From the NCBI GenBank assembly GCA_964578555.1, contig CAZODJ010000005.1, positions 1-40,815 of the forward strand: DNA of 40,815 bases. Direction: 5' to 3'. Positions 36,612 through 40,815 of the stretch are shown piece after piece (position 1 is the first letter of the stretch; each line of letters starts with the position of its first letter). Origin of the DNA: an uncultured Candidatus Kuenenia sp. Its GTDB lineage: Bacteria; Planctomycetota; Planctomycetia; Pirellulales; UBA1268. Under the pieces are notes generated by a model. That model saw only the letters and a program-made list of their open reading frames with translations. It ran no database searches and had not been told where the DNA came from. The position numbers were made by a program, and so were the translations under genes.

Positions 36612-37426
36612 CGAATTGGGGGCGGCACGGTGGTGGCGTTTTTAGGGGGATTGCGGCCGATGAACGGATGCTGTTCAAGGTCGACCACCTGCCCGCTCAT
36701 CGGACCGCACTCGTCGGCGAGCCAATACACGGCCGCGGCGGCGATCTCCTTGGGTCGGATCAGCCGGCCGGCGGGACAAAACTCCCGCGGCAGGTGCGTG
36801 GGCCAGTCGTCGGCCAGGCCGTGGCTCCGCTTCCGCGCCGCCTCGTTCTCGGTGAGCACCCAGCCGGGATTGATCTGGTTGACCCGCACGCCTTCCTCGC
36901 GGAAGAGCGTATCGCCGAGGTTGCGTGTCAGCGTCATCAGCCCGCCTTTGGAGATCGAATACGGCAGCAGGTTCGGCTCGCCGCACCAGGCGTTGACGCT
37001 GCCGATGTTGAGCACGCTCCCCCGCGTCACCCGCAGGTGCGGGAGGGCCGCCTGGATGAGCCGCAGCGGTGCGAGCGTGTTCACCGCGAGCGTGCGGTCG
37101 AAGGCGGCCGTGTCGGTGGAATGGATGTCGCCGGTCGTGATCACGGCGGCGTTGTTGACGAGGCCGTCGAGGCGGCCAAACGCGGTGATCGCCAGCTGCA
37201 CGAGCCGCTCCGGGCAGCCGGGAGCGGTGACGTCCTCCACGTGGCCGACGGCTCGGGGACCCGCGGCATCGGGGGCGAGCGCCGCCACGACCTCGGCCAC
37301 GAGATCGGCCTCGAGGCCATGCACCACGACCCGCGCTCCCTCGGCCGCGCAGCGGAAGGCGATCGCCCTGCCGATGCCGGTGGCGCTCCCGGTGACGATC
37401 ACGACCTTGCCTGTGAGCCTCGTCAT
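36608..37426 (-). CDS. Short-chain dehydrogenase/reductase
   Basis: Start moved to ATG 37426 (MTRLTGKVVIVTGSATGIG); NNAA; YSISK; VNQINPG. Confidence 0.92.
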   Translation of the reverse strand: MTRLTGKVVIVTGSATGIGRAIAFRCAAEGARVVVHGLEADLVAEVVAALAPDAAGPRAVGHVEDVTAPGCPERLVQLAITAFGRLDGLVNNAAVITTGDIHSTDTAAFDRTLAVNTLAPLRLIQAALPHLRVTRGSVLNIGSVNAWCGEPNLLPYSISKGGLMTLTRNLGDTLFREEGVRVNQINPGWVLTENEAARKRSHGLADDWPTHLPREFCPAGRLIRPKEIAAAAVYWLADECGPMSGQVVDLEQHPFIGRNPPKNATTVPPPIR

Positions 37427-37629
37427 GATGTCGCCGCCGGAGCCTTTCTCCGGGTCGCGTGCAGCGCGTCGTCGTGCCGGCCCGATGACGGGGGCAGGTC
37501 GGCGGCCGACGCCTCCTCCCAGCCGCCGAATCCGGCGGCGGTGATGAAGTCGAGCCACTCGGCCTCGGGCACGTCGCCGAACTGTCCGCGAACGAGGCCG
37601 ATCAGGTGATGGGAGCGATGCCGTGTCAT
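37423..37629 (-). pseudogene. 68-aa remnant of a sugar isomerase/epimerase gene (in-frame internal deletion)
   Basis: ATGA overlaps at both ends; IGLVRGQFGDVPEAEWLDFITAAGFGGWEEAS resembles a TIM-barrel isomerase N-terminus and DLPPSSGRHDDAL a C-terminal tail. Confidence 0.6.
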
Positions 37630-38660
37630 GGCCGTTTCGCCGATGGTGAGAGCACGCTTTTGACGACGGCTCCGGAATGCATCTGCTCGAAGGCCGCGTG
37701 CCACTCCTCGATCGGCCACACCCCGCCGATGATCGGACGGACATCGAGGGCCCCGCCGGCCAAGAGCGCGATCACCCGCTCCCAGATCGGCCAGTTGTGG
37801 CTGAAGCTCCCCTGGAGCGTGACATTCTTCTGCACGAGCGGATCGAGCGAGAAGCCCAGCGGCTGCGGCCCCCAGCCGACCTTCGAGATCCAGCCGGCCG
37901 GCCGCACCAGATCGAGCGCGATCTTGAGCGTGGCGCTCGCGCCGGCGGCATCGATCACGCCGTCGCAGCCTAGCCCGTCGCGGTCAAGGGCCCAGGCCTT
38001 CGCATCGCCCACGATCGTCTCGCAGCCATACTGCTTCGCGACCGCGAGCCGGCCCGCGTCGGCCGCCAGGCCGACCACGGCCACCTCCGCGCCGCAGAGC
38101 CGGGCCATGGCCGCGCAGAGGATGCCGATCGTGCCGGGCCCGAGCACCACGACCCGGTCGCCCGGCTCGACGCGGGCGTTCTTCACCACGGCCGAGTAGG
38201 CCACGCAGCAGGGTTCGGTGAGGCAGGCCTGCTCGAAGGGCAGCCGATCGGGCACGCGGTGCAGGATTCGCGCGGGCACGCGGACAAACCGCGTCATCGC
38301 GCCGTTCACTCCGTAGCCGAATCCTTTGCGGGTGGGATCGAGGTTGTAGAGACCGCGGCGGGTCATGGGGTTGTCGGGACTGATGATCGCGGCCGTTTCG
38401 CTCACCACGCGGTCACCCTCGTGCCAGCCGGCGACGCCCGCGCCGACGCCGACGATCGTGCCGCCGAATTCGTGGCCAAGCACAACGGGATAGTTCACTG
38501 GCCAGGAATGGTCGCCGGTCCATTGGTGCAGATCGCTGCCGCAGACGCCGACGTTGGCCACCTCGAGGAGCACGTCGTCGGGCCCGATCTCGGGCGTGGC
38601 GACGTCGCGGAGCTCGACGGAGCCCCTGGCGGGCGCGAAGTTCACGACGGCGGTGGGCAT
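37626..38660 (-). CDS. Zinc-dependent alcohol/polyol dehydrogenase (MDR family)
   Basis: GVCGSDLH, LGHEFGG, LTEP, LGPGTIG; SD AGGAGG. Confidence 0.93.
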   Translation of the reverse strand: MPTAVVNFAPARGSVELRDVATPEIGPDDVLLEVANVGVCGSDLHQWTGDHSWPVNYPVVLGHEFGGTIVGVGAGVAGWHEGDRVVSETAAIISPDNPMTRRGLYNLDPTRKGFGYGVNGAMTRFVRVPARILHRVPDRLPFEQACLTEPCCVAYSAVVKNARVEPGDRVVVLGPGTIGILCAAMARLCGAEVAVVGLAADAGRLAVAKQYGCETIVGDAKAWALDRDGLGCDGVIDAAGASATLKIALDLVRPAGWISKVGWGPQPLGFSLDPLVQKNVTLQGSFSHNWPIWERVIALLAGGALDVRPIIGGVWPIEEWHAAFEQMHSGAVVKSVLSPSAKRP

Positions 38661-38710
38661 GCGGAGCCTCCTGGGTGCGGCGGCCCGGGACAGACTGAAA
38701 CCTACGCAAT

Positions 38711-38755
38711 ACCGTACACCCCGTCCGCCGCTGGGCTCTGTAGCGAAAACGACAT
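38711..38755 (-). promoter_or_regulatory. Operator ATGTCGTTTTCGCTACAGA plus -10 TACGGT
   Basis: The 19-bp site (38737-38755) lies 20 bp upstream of a TAnnnT hexamer (38711-38716), the same geometry as at 35614-35658. Confidence 0.72.
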
Positions 38756-38823
38756 GATCGCTTGGGTGTTTGGCCGGCGGCAGCGGTGGGGGCCGCCGTG
38801 CGGAGCGGCTTGCGCCTGCGGCT

Positions 38824-39036
38824 TCAAGCCCGTTGTAAGGCCTCGACTGCGTTGACGTGAATCAGGCTGCAATGCACGACGCGGTCTTCATCCGGATACG
38901 TGACAACGACTTTCGTTCTTGTCAGGGCTACGCACTCGGGATGGAGCACGTCATGGGCCTCGCCATTCGATAGCCGGATCACGAACGGCTCGAACGGCTC
39001 GCGTCGAATAAACTCGCGGATCGACTCCATTGTCAT
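38824..39036 (-). CDS. Small hypothetical protein (PFxPFxIxLxxG...HPE type)
   Basis: Strong SD AAGGAGGT and its own promoter; the pattern PFEPFVIRLSNGEAHDVLHPE is one I recall from small planctomycete proteins. Confidence 0.8.
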   Translation of the reverse strand: MTMESIREFIRREPFEPFVIRLSNGEAHDVLHPECVALTRTKVVVTYPDEDRVVHCSLIHVNAVEALQRA

Positions 39037-39068
39037 GACAGCACCTCCTTGGATGTGAACATGCGTGC

Positions 39069-39097
39069 ATACTAAGGACGCCGGCCACTGCCGTCAA
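39069..39097 (-). promoter_or_regulatory. Sigma70-type promoter of the 70-aa ORF
   Basis: TTGACG-17 bp-TAGTAT on the minus strand. Confidence 0.7.
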
Positions 39098-39254
39098 ACC
39101 GCTGGGGCGAGCATGTCCGCAGCAGCTGCGGAACCCGGTGCCTGGGCCGGGGCGTCGTCCGCGTCGGAAATTTTTCGGGGAAATGTCCAAAATGAGGATC
39201 CGGGTGGAGACTGATTAGAAATTTTTCGGTTTTCTCGTCTTTGGAGCAGCAGTC

Positions 39255-40658
39255 ATGCGTGATTTTCGCGACGGATGTGAGGGATTTCGCCACATGCCTC
39301 GCCGGGCTGCCCTACAGGTCGGCAGTCTCGGCGCCCTCGGCCTCTCGCTCGGCGACTTTTTCCGCGTTCGGGCCGCCCACGGCGAGGCGGCCTCCTCGAC
39401 CGGCGCCTACACAGTTCAGGCCGCGAAGGGCAAGCTCCCTGAGCGGATCAAGAGCGTGATCCAGCTCAACCTCGGCGGTGGCTTTCCGCAGCACGAGTCG
39501 TTCGACCCGAAGCCCGAGGCGCCAGTCGAATACCGCGGCGCCTTCGGCGTCGTGAAGACGAAGACCGGCGAGGTCTTCAGCGACAATTTTCCCAAGTCGG
39601 CCGAAATCGCCGACAAGCTCACGGTTGTCCGCACGGTCGTCGGCAAGATTCCCGACCACGTTCTCGCCAGCTATCACCTCTCGACGGGCTATCTGCCGAC
39701 CGCGGTGATCGACTATCCGTCGATGGGGGCGATCGTCTCGCACGAACTCGGCCCACGTGGCCTGTTGCCCCCCTCGATCGCGATCCCGACCAAGGGCGGC
39801 TATGCGGGCGGCACTGGCTTCCTGCCAAGCACGTACGGCGCGTTTGAGACGGGGGAGGATCCTGCCAAGGGCAAAAACTTCAAGGTCCGCGATTTTTCGC
39901 TGCCCGAAGGGCTCACGATGGACCGATTCGACCGCCGGCAGCAGGCGAGGAAGCTCGTGGAAAAGCGGATCCGCGCCCTCGAGGCCGATCCGGCGACGCT
40001 CGACACCATGGATGGCTTCTACTCAAAAGCCTACGAACTGCTTACGTCGGCCGACGCCCAGAAGGCCTTTACATTCGAGGGGGAGACCGACGAAACGTTC
40101 GAGCTCTATGGAAGCCAGACAACCGGTCGCGTCCGCGGCCCGGACGGCAGATATCACCCAACGGGCCTCGCCGAGCGGCTGATCATTGCCCGGCGGCTCG
40201 TCGAGGCGGGCACTCGCTTTATCACGATCAACTACGGCTCATGGGACTGCCACGTCGATGTCAAGAAGTGCTGCGATGAGTTCATGCCTCCTCTTGACCA
40301 GGCAATCTACGGTCTCGTTTCCGACTTGGACCGCCGCGGTCTTCTCGATTCCACGCTCTTCTGGGTGACGAGTGAATTCGGCCGCACGCCGAAGATCAAC
40401 TCCTCATCGGGCCGCGACCATCATGCCCGCTGCTACTCGATGCTCCTGGCCGGCGGCAGCTTCAAGCGGGGGCTGACCTATGGCATGAGCGACTCGGTGG
40501 CCAACGAGCCGATGCGAGATGGCGTGACGCTCGAGGACATCATGTTCACGGTGTACCACGAACTGGGCATCGATGCCGACAAGGAGCTCGTGGCCTTCGG
40601 GACTCGCCCGATCGAGATCATCAAGGATGGCAAGCTGGTCGAGGGTCTGATCGCATGA
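39255..40658 (+). CDS. DUF1501 family protein
   Basis: RRAALQVG; [16 protein letters not shown]; ARRLVEAG; WDCH; [10 protein letters not shown]; GRDH. Confidence 0.93.
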   Translation: MRDFRDGCEGFRHMPRRAALQVGSLGALGLSLGDFFRVRAAHGEAASSTGAYTVQAAKGKLPERIKSVIQLNLGGGFPQHESFDPKPEAPVEYRGAFGVVKTKTGEVFSDNFPKSAEIADKLTVVRTVVGKIPDHVLASYHLSTGYLPTAVIDYPSMGAIVSHELGPRGLLPPSIAIPTKGGYAGGTGFLPSTYGAFETGEDPAKGKNFKVRDFSLPEGLTMDRFDRRQQARKLVEKRIRALEADPATLDTMDGFYSKAYELLTSADAQKAFTFEGETDETFELYGSQTTGRVRGPDGRYHPTGLAERLIIARRLVEAGTRFITINYGSWDCHVDVKKCCDEFMPPLDQAIYGLVSDLDRRGLLDSTLFWVTSEFGRTPKINSSSGRDHHARCYSMLLAGGSFKRGLTYGMSDSVANEPMRDGVTLEDIMFTVYHELGIDADKELVAFGTRPIEIIKDGKLVEGLIA

Positions 40659-40815
40659 CAAAAAGGGGACGCAGCTTATTTCCGCAAACGGCCGCTGTCG
40701 CCGGCAGAGGCAGTGTCGCTTTTGGCGGCCGGGAAATAAGCAGCGTCCCCTTTTTTCTCATCTTTTTCATTGCGGCGATTGCGATCACCTCCGGGCCGCG
40801 GGCCGCTGGCGGCGC
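40655..40815 (+). CDS. Probable N-terminus of the next exported protein (runs off the window)
   Basis: ATGA overlap with the DUF1501 stop; frame open to the window end: [11 protein letters not shown]...[25 protein letters not shown], with a hydrophobic signal-like stretch. Confidence 0.55.
   Translation, partial: MTKRGRSLFPQTAAVAGRGSVAFGGREISSVPFFLIFFIAAIAITSGPRAAGG
40660..40755. mobile_element. 96-bp palindromic REP/MITE-like element
   Basis: 24-bp terminal inverted repeats AAAAAGGGGACGCAGCTTATTTCC / GGAAATAAGCAGCGTCCCCTTTTT (1 mismatch) and inner arms CGGCCGC/GCGGCCG. Confidence 0.8.

Noticed and set aside
527-37609. Many long antisense or alternate-frame ORFs (e.g. 527-1885, 10260-11945, 25413-26936, 28111-30180, 35532-37544)
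   Set aside because: Shadow ORFs expected in high-GC DNA; they overlap genes with clear family motifs and have none of their own.
1690-37744. Longest-ORF starts at 1690, 3420, 6127, 7795, 14278, 14834, 30456, 32669, 34825 and 37744
   Set aside because: Downstream starts fit stop/start overlaps, SD or promoter position, and family N-termini better.
5619-39100. Integron with attC sites
   Set aside because: No intI and no consistent RYYYAAC/GTTRRRY-bounded repeats found by eye at cassette ends.

Overview
GC-rich bacterial DNA that looks planctomycete (Pirellulales-like), inferred from its gene families. The window is a mosaic of modules. (i) Four planctomycete-type exported clusters: two DUF1552 + cytochrome-c/DUF1588-DUF1592 pairs, one DUF1549/DUF1553 + DUF1501 pair, and a second DUF1501. 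(ii) Three ECF sigma + FecR-like anti-sigma pairs, each with a different putative glycan-binding domain; one leads a large exported glycoside-hydrolase-like gene. (iii) A sugar/polyol catabolic cluster with a PAS-AraC regulator. (iv) Small self-promoted cassettes at the module junctions: AbiEi/AbiEii, VapBC, MazEF-like, an orphan nucleotidyltransferase, two coiled-coil repeat proteins and a 70-aa ORF. No rRNA, tRNA, CRISPR array, integrase or transposase was recognised. The strongest sequence-level observations are: a 142-bp diverged duplicate of a gene 3' end bracketing a 7,024-bp block (integration with 3'-end replacement); a 96-bp palindrome lying in frame in a gene N-terminus; a 19-bp operator repeated at identical spacing before two promoters; a doubly coupled mini-gene that looks like an internally deleted isomerase; and many apparently leaderless promoters. 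All family calls come from motif recognition by eye, and all counts are hand counts; no database search was run.
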